Below, in pieces: positions 50,148-60,826 of a stretch of DNA of 64,000 nt. Below the pieces are notes generated by a model that was given only the letters and a program-made list of their open reading frames with translations, made no database searches and was not told where the DNA came from. Position 1 is the first letter of the stretch; each line of letters begins with the position of its first letter. Both the position numbers and the translations under genes were made by a program. Origin of the DNA: an uncultured virus (IMG/VR IMGVR_UViG_3300031278_000001) (Duplodnaviria > Heunggongvirae > Uroviricota > Caudoviricetes); IMG/VR virus record IMGVR_UViG_3300031278_000001. One strand, written 5' to 3'.

Positions 50148-51610
50148 TTCAACAATCCTCTCTTATGTAATACATCATTAAGCTGATCCATTATCTGTTC
50201 ACCAAAATATTCAAGGGCCTCTTTTATAGAATTATACTGATAGGTTTCAACCAACTCTTCAACACTCTCATAAAAATTATTTTCATCATCTTCTTTCCAC
50301 TCTGATTCAATCATATTAGCATAATCATCGGCAACCGCTTTGAAGAAAGAAAGTGCTATATCATTATCTATGGCAGATTTCTTTCTCATTCTCTTCTTAG
50401 ATGCGGTGCTAACCCAACGGTTTATTATACTATCCAACACATTTTCTATATTCACCCAGGTAGTATCATCCTCTAAGTCATATCCCTCTTTCTCTAACAT
50501 ACTATTGATCTGATCATCGGATAAGGTTATACTCAATTCTGCTTTTCGGGGCACAACAGATTTCTTCTTCATATCTCCGAACACATTCTTCACCTGCTTG
50601 GAAGTCATCTCACTGACCACTGATATAACCGCCCGGGTTATACCCCCACTGTTTTTGGTCCAATATTCGGGGGTCTCCATCTGACCACCGGGAATAGCAC
50701 TCTCTATCCTGGCCAATAACTCCTCGTTGTTCTCCAACTCCCTGAGTATTTTCTCCAAGATTACAGGAGCCAATTCCGGATCCGTCAGCGTATTGATAAT
50801 GAAATCCTCATACAGTCCTCCGCCTACCGATACCTCAGCATCCACATCCTCTGGTACCCCCCCACTATCGCCGGGTCCCATTTCTTTCTCTACCACAACA
50901 TCGGCATCCCCCTCCCCTTCCTCCTCATCTTCTTTAGGTGATGGAACTTTTATATGAGCATCATTGTTAGACTCGCCCTGAGCCGTCTTCCGACTCTCTT
51001 CTATCAAAAAAGCTTCATCGAATTCCTTCTCCTCTCCCGTATCCCTGTTCCGGACCCTGACCGTACCAGTATCACCCTTCTCTGTCACCGTCCACTGACT
51101 ACCATCTTCCTCCGTTACTATCTCTCCCATCTTCAACCCGACTCGCTGGATAGTAGCCCTAGGCTTCTTATTAAACTTCGTTCGGTATTCACTCTTAGGC
51201 TTATGATCAGTGCGGTACTCACTATCCACCGCAGATGGACTTATGCTCATGCCACCCGCATCAGATTTTATACTCACTCCCGGGCCATCAGCTTCCTCAC
51301 TGTCAAATTCTCTTGTCGCCTGGTCGCTTATAACCAGCTCATTATCGTCCTCTGGCTCGCCGAAGTTATCTGTGGTTCTAATACGACTTGATTTAACAGA
51401 TTGTCCTGGTTTATACACCGGGTTTTTACTATCACCAAATATAATATCATCCTCAAATTTTGTGTCATCTGCCAGTATAGTATCATCATCCTCATCAAAG
51501 AAACTGGAATCTAATTCACTTATACTAGATTGTCTCGCCATTTTCTTCATCTCATTTGCTACTTCCGGGTCTATACTGCCCTCTTTTTGCAGCCATTCTT
51601 GAAAGCCCAT
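50144..51610 (-). CDS. Acidic modular protein
   Basis: QKEG, SRKTA, KKKS, RKA and RKKSA linkers. Confidence 0.65.
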   Translation of the reverse strand: MGFQEWLQKEGSIDPEVANEMKKMARQSSISELDSSFFDEDDDTILADDTKFEDDIIFGDSKNPVYKPGQSVKSSRIRTTDNFGEPEDDNELVISDQATREFDSEEADGPGVSIKSDAGGMSISPSAVDSEYRTDHKPKSEYRTKFNKKPRATIQRVGLKMGEIVTEEDGSQWTVTEKGDTGTVRVRNRDTGEEKEFDEAFLIEESRKTAQGESNNDAHIKVPSPKEDEEEGEGDADVVVEKEMGPGDSGGVPEDVDAEVSVGGGLYEDFIINTLTDPELAPVILEKILRELENNEELLARIESAIPGGQMETPEYWTKNSGGITRAVISVVSEMTSKQVKNVFGDMKKKSVVPRKAELSITLSDDQINSMLEKEGYDLEDDTTWVNIENVLDSIINRWVSTASKKRMRKKSAIDNDIALSFFKAVADDYANMIESEWKEDDENNFYESVEELVETYQYNSIKEALEYFGEQIMDQLNDVLHKRGLLK

Positions 51611-51870
51611 AGTTCACCCCCTATTACTTTCCTATCAATTATTTATTTCTATTTTAAAACAGCACCCCAAAAATTCCACAAAAGTATTACAAAAGTATTA
51701 CAAATGAAGCAACAAAACCAAGAACCACTACTGCTGCTATTATACCACTAACAATATTTACTATCTTATCTATTTTTGGGTGTTCCTTTTTCCATTTTTC
51801 TATTTCTTCCCGTTCTTCAAATGTCATCTGAATCCTTCCCATCCATCTTTTTACTTCTCATATCAACTCC

Positions 51871-52242
51871 CTATATATTGCTATCCCTCAATATTATATC
51901 CAGCGCCTCTTCTTTAGAATGTCCTCTGTTTAATTCCTTTATGACATCCTCAAAATCACATCCTCTTTCATGTACAAACAACACATCTTCTGGTGTAAAC
52001 CCCACATCTCTCCAGTCACCTGCCATCACCGGATTCATCTCAACCCTCTTCCAAGTCTGTGCCTCATGTACCACAAACCCATATACTTTATTCCACTGAT
52101 ATGCTTGTTCAGGTTCAAATCCTTGATCTCTCCACTCTATTGCGCTCTCTATTTCAAAACCCATTGCACTCCATACTCGTGCATCTGCCTCATCAAATCC
52201 CACATCTTCCCACTCTTTAAAACTAAAATCAAACATCTGCAC
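51871..52242 (-). CDS. 13-aa W...GF..E.A repeat protein
   Basis: Five to six repeats visible. Confidence 0.65.
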   Translation of the reverse strand: MQMFDFSFKEWEDVGFDEADARVWSAMGFEIESAIEWRDQGFEPEQAYQWNKVYGFVVHEAQTWKRVEMNPVMAGDWRDVGFTPEDVLFVHERGCDFEDVIKELNRGHSKEEALDIILRDSNI

Positions 52243-52263
52243 CCCCTACTATTTCTATGTTAT

Positions 52264-52295
52264 AAAAACCTCACCCCCCGGGATATCCCGGGGAG
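52264..52295 (-). terminator. Probable intrinsic terminator
   Basis: Perfect palindrome CCCCGGGATATCCCGGGG (52276..52293) with a T-run shortly downstream. Confidence 0.55.
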
Positions 52296-52354
52296 CAAGA
52301 TTACAAAAGGAGATTAAAAAATGAAAAATAAATACTTCTCATTATAATGAAAAT

Positions 52355-52378
52355 CCTTCCCGAAAAAGTATACAAAAT
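52355..52378 (-). promoter_or_regulatory. 24-bp element (copy 2), upstream of TATAAT
   Basis: Identical to 3705..3728; TATAAT at 52346..52341. Confidence 0.6.
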
Positions 52379-52742
52379 CATTTACCTCTTCTTATTTATT
52401 TCTTTTATCTTATTCAGTCTAATAATCTTTTAACCTCTACCAACAGGTGAAATGCTTTGTCAACTTTATCTTTACACTCAACTCTATACCTCTCTAGTGA
52501 AAGTGGACTTGATATCTGGTGGAGAGGAATAACAACAGATGTAATTTTTCCCCATTTATCATGAATCTCAGAAAACTCACCAATAAAAATACCGTTCTTA
52601 ACTACCACACAACCTTCATTTCCAAAATAAACACCATCATTCAAAGTAACCCTATCCCCAACTTTAAAAGATTTTAGAGTACAATCTGCCTCAACCTTTA
52701 ACTGTACTTTTCCATAAGTATTATATATTCCCATTTAACCTC

Positions 52743-52934
52743 CTATTTACTGTTTTTATAAAAACCATCTCCCTTTAATATGATACCAAAATAATAATCA
52801 TATGATCTACGTAACCATCCACTACACTCCGGACACCCTTCTGGAAATTCTTCTAGGTGTTCCATTTCTTTTACACTTATCATTTTATCAATAGTATAAT
52901 TACACTTCTCACATTTATACGGATATTTTGGCAT
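52743..52934 (-). CDS. FmdB-family zinc ribbon protein
   Basis: MPKYPYKCEKC..CPECSG..ILKGDGFY. Confidence 0.8.
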   Translation of the reverse strand: MPKYPYKCEKCNYTIDKMISVKEMEHLEEFPEGCPECSGWLRRSYDYYFGIILKGDGFYKNSK

Positions 52935-54244
52935 ATTTTACCTCATTTTTGCTTAAAATTTGATCACTTTGCTTAAAAATTCATCCCCGTTCATCTGCTC
53001 TGTTCATCTCATCTGCTCTGTTCATCCTCTTTTTCTACCTCTTAAACAAATATCGCCATAAATATAATATTAGTTTCCACCCCCAATAAAAACTCGCACC
53101 AACAACAAACCAAAACCATTTTGTATTACTTATCTGCTTCCACATGACTGACATCCCCCTTCTTTTCCCCCAACTCTTTCTCTTTAGTCTGATCTTTAAA
53201 AAATCTTCCAAGTGGACTCATTTTTAATAACACATACTCCACAACATCTTTCAAAAGTTGGATCAAAACTTCATCCATCTCTCCACGAGCTTTGTCCATT
53301 ATCTCATCAAGACCCTCCTTCTCCGGTTTCTTAAAATCTTCGGGACTAACTTTACTAACTTTATCCATCTTCAACTCCTTTAAGATACTACTAAAAATTT
53401 ATTAAGCTCTTTAGCATTTCGTATCATTTGTTTTGTAATTTTTTCTTGCAAAAAATCATATAATACCTTAGCCTCATTGTCTATCCATATAATTCCTTGT
53501 TTCACTATCTCACCAATTTCCTTATCCAAAATCAGTTGAGGAACAGTATATCTTAAATATAAATATGTCATCTGCTCTATAATCATTTTTCTCTTTCTAT
53601 TAAATTCTTTCTAATATTATTAATATTAACCTTCTCCACTTTTGGTGCCCCTCTAATTACATGCTTCATCTTTTCTTCTGCGCCCCACCAACATTCACAA
53701 CCATAAACAACATTCCCATCATCGAGAACTATCTTAGGATTTTTAACTCTTTCTTTTTTTAAACAATCAGCAATCCAACCAACAGCTTCCACCGGAATTT
53801 CTTCTCCAACAAGTTCACCATAACCAAGAAATAATATTGTATCATAATTCTTCAATAAAAAAGCACCAACACGTTTCACTTCTTTCTTCCCTATCGTTTC
53901 CATAACATCACCTTATAGTTGGAATTATTCTCAAAATTAATTTAATATAATTCTTTTTTCGCTTCTCACCACTCACTCTGAATTTATAACCTTTCAACTT
54001 TAAATCTTCACCAATGTTAAATACATAATCACCCTTTCTTTTTTTCATGGATTCCCTTGTTATTTTCACAGTCAACTTGATATCGGTTAGTTTACAAATC
54101 TCACATTTATAACCATTTAATTCCACAACATCACCAACTCTAAATTTATAAGGTTCTTTCTTCTTAACTAATCTCTTTTTACCGAGACTAACAAGTTTAC
54201 CTTTACCTCTCAATGATTCTCTATCCACTTCCATTTTTTATCTT

Positions 54245-54895
54245 TCACTCCCTTTTACCTTTAGATAAACATTCTTCAATAGTTCTTCTCTTCATGTTTT
54301 TCACCATATAAATTAAATTACATACTTGATGAGAATCCTTTAAATGACGTTTCTCATATCCATAAAAAGAACTATCTATAGCAAAACTATCCGCATCTGT
54401 AGCAGAACTATCCGCATAATAAGGACCAGTGCTTTGTTTTATATCTTCCAATACCTTTATTAAAGTATCAACTAAATACGGATTATCAGTAATCAATTCA
54501 TCCATGTTATATACTATTCCTTTACTTAACTCTCGTATAGCATAAATAAAAGCAAGATCATCCCTCACATTCAACACAATATTATTAACTTTACAAGCAA
54601 GATCTAAACTCGCTTCCAAACTCTCTATATGATTAGATTTGTTTACCAAATTTGTATGAAAAGAAAAATAACACCATGATAACAAAAGAGTTATAGCAAT
54701 CATACATACACCTAATGCTATTCTAAAAAACTTAATGGTCCAACTATTATAATTCTCTCTGTAAAATTCAATAGCGTGTGGTATAAATGCATACCAATCA
54801 TCCGCCTTATCACTTACTTCTTCATAATGCTTCAAAGCATGATCACATAAATTATTAATAGAAACTTCACCTACTATTTCTCTTTTAAATTTCAT
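54245..54895 (-). CDS. Membrane-anchored hypothetical protein
   Basis: One TM segment. Confidence 0.5.
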   Translation of the reverse strand: MKFKREIVGEVSINNLCDHALKHYEEVSDKADDWYAFIPHAIEFYRENYNSWTIKFFRIALGVCMIAITLLLSWCYFSFHTNLVNKSNHIESLEASLDLACKVNNIVLNVRDDLAFIYAIRELSKGIVYNMDELITDNPYLVDTLIKVLEDIKQSTGPYYADSSATDADSFAIDSSFYGYEKRHLKDSHQVCNLIYMVKNMKRRTIEECLSKGKRE

Positions 54896-55164
54896 CCCTC
54901 AATTTCCTTGATTTTATTGAGTATTATTTGAAACACACTTTTGGGTTTATACTTCCCTTCCCATTCGTTAAGTTCTTGCATTACATTCACCCACCTCTTC
55001 AACTCCTCAACATCGAATTTGCGTTTGGTGTAGCCAGCAAGTATGATTTTTCTGGCTCCCTCTTGTGCTATCAGTTCTTCTGGATTGTCCCTGTATATTC
55101 CTATTTTAATAGAATATAAAATTCTTTCCAATTCCCTTAATTCCTTCTCCTTCTCAGTCATCAT
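54892..55164 (-). CDS. Small protein, tandem paralog of 55234..55449
   Basis: EKEKEL.EL.RI and GYTKRKFDVE.L shared. Confidence 0.7.
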   Translation of the reverse strand: MMTEKEKELRELERILYSIKIGIYRDNPEELIAQEGARKIILAGYTKRKFDVEELKRWVNVMQELNEWEGKYKPKSVFQIILNKIKEIEG

Positions 55165-55233
55165 TCCTCCTTTATTCTATCTATTATGCCCACTCTTTTG
55201 GGTAGTAAATCCCATAAGAACTTTCTCCATTTT

Positions 55234-55449
55234 TTAGGGGTGTTTATGAAATTTAGATAGTCTTGCCTTGTATCTAAAAAGTAATGCTTCCTCCAACTTC
55301 TCAACATCGAATTTGCGTTTGGTGTAGCCTAATTCTTGGATTTTCTCTGCAAGTTCTCTTGCTAATTCCATTGGAACCATAGTGTTTCTATTCCAAGTTA
55401 AAATTATTCTTTTTAATTCGCCTAATTCTTTTTCCTTCTCATCCATCAT
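55234..55449 (-). CDS. Small protein, tandem paralog of 54892..55164
   Basis: Shared motifs and a 29-bp identical stretch. Confidence 0.7.
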   Translation of the reverse strand: MMDEKEKELGELKRIILTWNRNTMVPMELARELAEKIQELGYTKRKFDVEKLEEALLFRYKARLSKFHKHP

Positions 55450-55467
55450 CCCTCCTTTTGTATATAC

Positions 55468-55507
55468 AATATAATCAAATATTATAATTTGTCAAGGGGT
55501 AAATTTA
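55468..55507 (-). promoter_or_regulatory. Conserved early sigma70 promoter
   Basis: TAAATTTACCCC-TTGACA-N16-TATATT. Confidence 0.8.
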
Positions 55508-55722
55508 ATTCTTCTCTAATAGCAGTAGTTTGATTTTTGTCAACTGAGCATACACCCAATCTTTCAAATTCTCCAACCAACCTTAAAGGCTCTTTCCACA
55601 TCTCCGGAATAATGCTTGGGTAATAAACCTTTTTCTATTTCTTCATCAAAAGTCATTAAGATTTGTCAGAAAGCATTTTCTCTATTTCCATATCAGAACT
55701 AAGTTATTTCCCAACCCAAATT

Positions 55723-56172
55723 TTATGCCCCTTCAAATATTATACCTTTTTCCCAATTAAACTTACATTCGGGACATTCTTCTGCGAGCATTTCCAATAA
55801 TTCTTTCTTATGTTTGTTTAAGGTTTTGTGATAAACATCCACTGCCTTACCGTAAACATCCACTGCCTTGCGGAAAACATCCCTCTCCTTATCGTAAACA
55901 CCCCCTGCCTTGCGGAAAACATCCCTCTCCTTATCGTAAACACCCTCTGCCTTGCGGAAAACAGCCCACGCCTTGCGGTAAACACCCTCTGCCTTAACTA
56001 TTTCTTTTGGCAATTCTCCTTTAACTTTTTTAAGACATTTTAATCTCATCTTTTGTTGATATTCTGGTTTATTTTCTTTGATAAAATTTATCCTATTTTT
56101 TATTGGTTCGATAGCACTCTCAACTATTATTTGATGATGAATACAAAAATACCATTTAAGTTTTTTATTCAT
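55723..56172 (-). CDS. Phage protein with a heptad (21/42-bp) repeat tract
   Basis: HH..E...EPI.NRI..IK.NKP; KA.GVY/KERDVFR repeats; ECPEC. Confidence 0.75.
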   Translation of the reverse strand: MNKKLKWYFCIHHQIIVESAIEPIKNRINFIKENKPEYQQKMRLKCLKKVKGELPKEIVKAEGVYRKAWAVFRKAEGVYDKERDVFRKAGGVYDKERDVFRKAVDVYGKAVDVYHKTLNKHKKELLEMLAEECPECKFNWEKGIIFEGA

Positions 56173-57328
56173 TTAAAAACTTCCTCTTTTCCATTTTTTC
56201 TTTTTATCATCCCAAACTCTTTTCCATTTTTTATGAGAAATAAAGGCCAATATTAATTCAATCCTAGAAAATTGTTTCCAATATTCTTTATATCCATCTC
56301 CAGTAGAAATATAGTTTTCTATTTCATTTATTAGATAATAACCTTTACGTTCATCTCCTAGTATATCAAACAACCTATCTATTGTAGGCACAAACACACA
56401 AATCTCTTTAAAAAATTTCTCATCATACTTAAAGGTCCTTACATTTCCTTTTATATCAGAAGCATGAAAATATCCTTCAATGTCTGACTCAAAAGTTAAA
56501 ACAATAAGATCTTCTCTCTGAACTTTGTCAGGCCAAATCTTTTTATCTATTTCTTTCCCGAACATAGTATACTTCCGATACACCCAATCACCTACCTGAG
56601 GAACCCAACTTTTTTGTAATGGGTTTAACATCTCACATTTCTTTATATATTCTTCTGTAAACATCTATAACCTCCAATCTTTATTTATCTTCTCTTTCCT
56701 CAAAGAAAACACATCCAAAATCTTTATGAGTAAATATATCAATATCCCCCTGAGACACAAAGGCATTAGCACAATGATAAACCAATCCAACAAAATCAGA
56801 ACTACTTTTAATATCCAACTCCGAAAGGTTTTTGACCGCAACTAAACAAGTAGATTTAAATGGAACGGCACTATCATCATCAGAACGGTCCCAATGAGCA
56901 CAATCTCTACATCTTCCTATTAATATTTTGTTATTCTTATCCAATCATTTACCTCCCACAATCATCAGCACCGAACAAACAAGAACTCCAACTACAAAAC
57001 CTATTAAAAATACTGAAGGTATTTTCATCAACTTAGATCTTGCATCAACATATTTAGTTGCTAAATCTGACATAAAACTCCTTGTCTTCTTCATTTCTTT
57101 TTCTAGTTCATCTAATGCACCAAGAAATTTCTCAACATCTTTTCTATTCACATTTCCCTCCATTAAATTTAAAACCATCTTCTCTTTTTTAATTACTTTA
57201 TCAAATAAAATTTTGATCTTGTTAATATCTTTTATATTGTCCTGAAACAATATGCAATGCCAAAAACAACTCCAACTCTTCATCTATTCTTTTCTTATCT
57301 ATCATAATCTCTCCTTTTATATATCTTT

Positions 57329-57367
57329 ATTATACTAAAAAATCTTAATTTGTCAAGGGGGCAATTT
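57329..57367 (-). promoter_or_regulatory. Conserved early sigma70 promoter
   Basis: TAAATTGCCCCC-TTGACA-N16-TATAAT. Confidence 0.8.
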
Positions 57368-57992
57368 AATAAATGCACTCAACATAATCACCATAGATAT
57401 AAAATCTCCAGTTCTTTCCAGCATAGTATCTTGCAATAGCTTCTCTATCATCCCCAGAAAATCTTTTTAGTTCTGAAATATATATACAGGCTAACAACAA
57501 ATTGTCTTCTAATCTAAACATATCCAGATCCCGATCCAATATCTTCTTTTTCTCCTCTTTTGTAAGAAAAAACTTAGTCATATCAAATTCTATTAAAGAC
57601 ATTAAGTATTCAGATGTCTCAGGCATTATCTGGAGGATTCCCTCAGCACCTTTACAACTAATAGCATCCGGAAAAAAATTAGACTCCACATTAACCCAAC
57701 GCAATAGCTGTTCATAATCTAAATTAAATCTCACAGAATAGTCATAAATTGTTTTAATGATATCCGAATCCGCTCTATAGCCAAGGGTCCTGGCCAAAAA
57801 CAAAGCACTTTTCCTCTCAGCATTATATTCTTCTACCACATAAAAAAAACAATCCCCCGATTTCTTGGCGGGGGATGTTATCAAAAAGAATAGAATACAA
57901 AATAAAATACCTATTCTCATATATATTTTATGTAAAAATACATCTCGTTTTCTAACTTCATCAAGATAATCGCATATCAATAATTGACCCAT
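57366..57992 (-). CDS. Lytic transglycosylase (SLT) with N-terminal anchor
   Basis: VESNF.P.AIS.KGA.GI.QIMPET; AIARYYAG. Confidence 0.85.
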   Translation of the reverse strand: MGQLLICDYLDEVRKRDVFLHKIYMRIGILFCILFFLITSPAKKSGDCFFYVVEEYNAERKSALFLARTLGYRADSDIIKTIYDYSVRFNLDYEQLLRWVNVESNFFPDAISCKGAEGILQIMPETSEYLMSLIEFDMTKFFLTKEEKKKILDRDLDMFRLEDNLLLACIYISELKRFSGDDREAIARYYAGKNWRFYIYGDYVECIY

Positions 57993-58029
57993 TACTATCC
58001 TCCTAATGAATTTTATATATAAAGCGTTT

Positions 58030-58860
58030 CTATAACATACTATCAGAGTTGTATTTATTATAAAATCTTTTCAAAGAACTATAAGTGTTTGTAGGTGAAT
58101 ACCTAAACACCTCACTATATTTCACCCATGCAGTTGAACCAGAAATATAATCTATAAACTTACGGATAGATGTCAACCTCAAAACAAGCTCCTTTCTCTG
58201 ATTGCGCCCAATCTTAATCATCAGATCCTGATTCGTGTTAAGCAAAACATATAGATCACTGAAAAATTTATCAACTTCTTTTTCATTGAATCTACCCATA
58301 GTAAAAGTTATTCTCGGTTGATTTTTTTCAAAGTCAAATTTACCTTTTTTCATATAAAAGTGTAAAACCACATTTGGATTTAAATTCATAGCAGGAATAT
58401 GTTTCTCCTTATCCACATACCAACGTTCCCAATAATTAAAGAACTCCGCATAGGAGAAAGTAGTCAATTGGAACCTATCAGCAGATTCCCTGATACCCTT
58501 ACTTTGTATTCCAAAAGATTTTAACTGATTATATAAACATTCAAGATAAAGTCGGTCCTGTGATGCCACCTCATAAACCGCACTACTATTTGAAATGGGA
58601 CGCATTGATGCACCACCTAGAATAGTACCATCCAATAAATCAACACAATCATTCCAATCTGCTCTCTTATCATCAAGATGATTACTAACATCTTTATCAT
58701 GAACACAATGCTTATAACCCTGGGGTTTAATGCCTAACTTATCACACCATTTAGAAATTGTAGCAATTGAACAACCACATTCTTCTGATATATCTTTTTG
58801 AGTGAGATGTCTAACTTCAATTGCATCCTTCATATATTCTATATCTTTATATTTTTTCAT
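58030..58860 (-). CDS. HTH plus LAGLIDADG-fold protein with degenerate active sites
   Basis: LTQKDISEECGCSIATISKW; GTILGGA; WY..KEK.IP; FYMKKG. Confidence 0.7.
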   Translation of the reverse strand: MKKYKDIEYMKDAIEVRHLTQKDISEECGCSIATISKWCDKLGIKPQGYKHCVHDKDVSNHLDDKRADWNDCVDLLDGTILGGASMRPISNSSAVYEVASQDRLYLECLYNQLKSFGIQSKGIRESADRFQLTTFSYAEFFNYWERWYVDKEKHIPAMNLNPNVVLHFYMKKGKFDFEKNQPRITFTMGRFNEKEVDKFFSDLYVLLNTNQDLMIKIGRNQRKELVLRLTSIRKFIDYISGSTAWVKYSEVFRYSPTNTYSSLKRFYNKYNSDSML

Positions 58861-58884
58861 AATTTCACCTTTCCCATATTATAT

Positions 58885-58912
58885 ATTATAACATTTTTCC
58901 CCGTTTTGTCAA
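58885..58912 (-). promoter_or_regulatory. sigma70 promoter with extended -10
   Basis: TTGACA-N16 (ending TGT)-TATAAT. Confidence 0.75.
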
Positions 58913-58990
58913 GGAGTTTCAAAAATATCTTCATATAACAAAACTATTAACTTTAACCGCATAATATAAATTATCTATTCTATTTTCATT

Positions 58991-59599
58991 CTATAGTTTT
59001 TGATATTCTTGCCATGATCTAAAATCATTTTTATTAAAATAAACTTTCCCTACATGAGCTTTACTGTGTAAAAAATGAAAGATTTTAATTTTATTCCAAT
59101 ATTTTTTTTCATCTTCAGGAGTAATATCATGAAAAGTCGCATTATAATAAAATGGCAATTCTTCTAATGGTAATTCCGAAGCAAATTCATTAAAAATCGA
59201 TTGATCTGCTTCCCCTTTTAAGATTTTATTTTGCTTCAGTCTTTCTTCATAAATTTGATTCCATTTTTTTGAAAAAAACAACATAATATCTTTAGCAAAA
59301 ACAATAAGCCCAGCATTCAATCTCCCATCTTTATGTCTAACGATCCCCACTTTATTGTTTTCAGCAACTTTAAATAAATAATCTAATTTGCCATTAATAT
59401 ACATATCTGTATCTATAACAACTGTATAATTAAAAGGAGTAAGAATAGCTGCTTTAGTTTTAATTCTAAAAACATCATCAACATTTTTTGCAATCCAAAT
59501 AGAAATGGGGTACTCCTTATGAAATTTAGATAAAGATAACAAAAACTTTCTTAATTCCTCAAATCTATCTAAGGTAATAACTATAAAAAATCCTTTCAT
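58991..59599 (-). CDS. GT-A (GT8-like) glycosyltransferase
   Basis: IDTD, LNAGL, DQSIFN, YN, IFHF. Confidence 0.75.
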   Translation of the reverse strand: MKGFFIVITLDRFEELRKFLLSLSKFHKEYPISIWIAKNVDDVFRIKTKAAILTPFNYTVVIDTDMYINGKLDYLFKVAENNKVGIVRHKDGRLNAGLIVFAKDIMLFFSKKWNQIYEERLKQNKILKGEADQSIFNEFASELPLEELPFYYNATFHDITPEDEKKYWNKIKIFHFLHSKAHVGKVYFNKNDFRSWQEYQKL

Positions 59600-60213
59600 A
59601 ACAATTTTACACCAACCATATAATTATTAAACTTTGGAAAAATATCTTTTGGCTCTAAAATATTTACTTTAAATGTTTTTCTATCCAATGAATCGATTAA
59701 CCTTTTACATCCTCTATTATTATTTTTATCCCAATAATCATCAAAAACAACTACAGTTGAATTATACATTAGTTTTTTACAATTTTTCCAATCACTAGCA
59801 ATCGTTTCAATACTATGCCCCCCATCTATAAAAATTAAATCCATTTTAGGGATCTTACTAACTACTTCCGGCATAACTTTTTTTGTGTTTCCTTTAAATA
59901 ATTCGATATTTATTCCCGTTACTTTTAATAAATTATATACCTGTTCTATTGATAAAGGAATAACTTTATCTGATCCTTCTCCCTTTATAATTTGAAAGTT
60001 AAAAGTTTCAAATAAATCAAAACCATAAAATTCCATCTCTTTATTTAAATGAAATTGTTTAGCTATGTTGATAAGTTTCAAAGAAGTCTTCGCTTTCCAA
60101 ATCCCAATTTCCATAATTCGTTTCGGTTTTACTTCCCTACAAATCCTAAATAACGCCTCATACCTTTTGCACCTATCAGGTATTCCATTAATCCAAAAAG
60201 TTTTATTTTCCAT
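59596..60213 (-). CDS. Class I SAM methyltransferase (Methyltransf_24-like)
   Basis: MEIG, GFDLF, DLIFIDGGH, VFDDY. Confidence 0.85.
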   Translation of the reverse strand: MENKTFWINGIPDRCKRYEALFRICREVKPKRIMEIGIWKAKTSLKLINIAKQFHLNKEMEFYGFDLFETFNFQIIKGEGSDKVIPLSIEQVYNLLKVTGINIELFKGNTKKVMPEVVSKIPKMDLIFIDGGHSIETIASDWKNCKKLMYNSTVVVFDDYWDKNNNRGCKRLIDSLDRKTFKVNILEPKDIFPKFNNYMVGVKLL

Positions 60214-60826
60214 TTTTATTTAATTGTTCTTTAAAAATTAATAACCGTTTATCTAATTTTACTTTTGGTGGGTGCCATACAGGAACATTACCTGTCCAAT
60301 TTTCACTTACCTCAAATAAAGGATAATCTATTATTTTTATTTTAGCTTTTTTTATAGCAAGTGCAAATATAAAATCAAACTCGTTTTTGTTAAAATAAGA
60401 AGATTCTTTTATATTAATATCTTTGACAGCCTTTTGGTCGACAGCATTGCATCCACCACGAATATAATTACCATATACAGAACTATGCACCACCCCCATT
60501 GCTTCCCTCTCTAAATTTTTTACAGCATTAAACAATCTTCCCTTATCTAATATCAAAGCATCCACATCTACTTTAATTAAAACATCAAATTTTTCCTTTT
60601 TGATTCTATTATAAAATAATTCACCTTTTAGTTGTATATTATTTTCAGATTCAATTATTTGTGGATCACAATAATATTTTTTAATTATTTCTCCAATATT
60701 TCCCGAACAAATAAAATAGCATTTATAATCCTTAGAAATTTCCTGTAGAAACTTATTGGCAATAGCAAACTCTATATTAGAAATATCAACAAATGTCCAA
60801 AAAATTATAGTGGATGAATCCGCCAC
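60203..60826 (-). CDS. GT-A fold glycosyltransferase-like protein
   Basis: LIKVDVD DxD motif; VWHP. Confidence 0.55.
   Translation of the reverse strand: MADSSTIIFWTFVDISNIEFAIANKFLQEISKDYKCYFICSGNIGEIIKKYYCDPQIIESENNIQLKGELFYNRIKKEKFDVLIKVDVDALILDKGRLFNAVKNLEREAMGVVHSSVYGNYIRGGCNAVDQKAVKDINIKESSYFNKNEFDFIFALAIKKAKIKIIDYPLFEVSENWTGNVPVWHPPKVKLDKRLLIFKEQLNKNGK

Noticed and set aside
52947..53030. Short imperfect repeats (tttgcttaaaa x2, tcatctgctctgttcatc x2)
   Set aside because: Too short and irregular to assign; may lie within a small unlisted ORF
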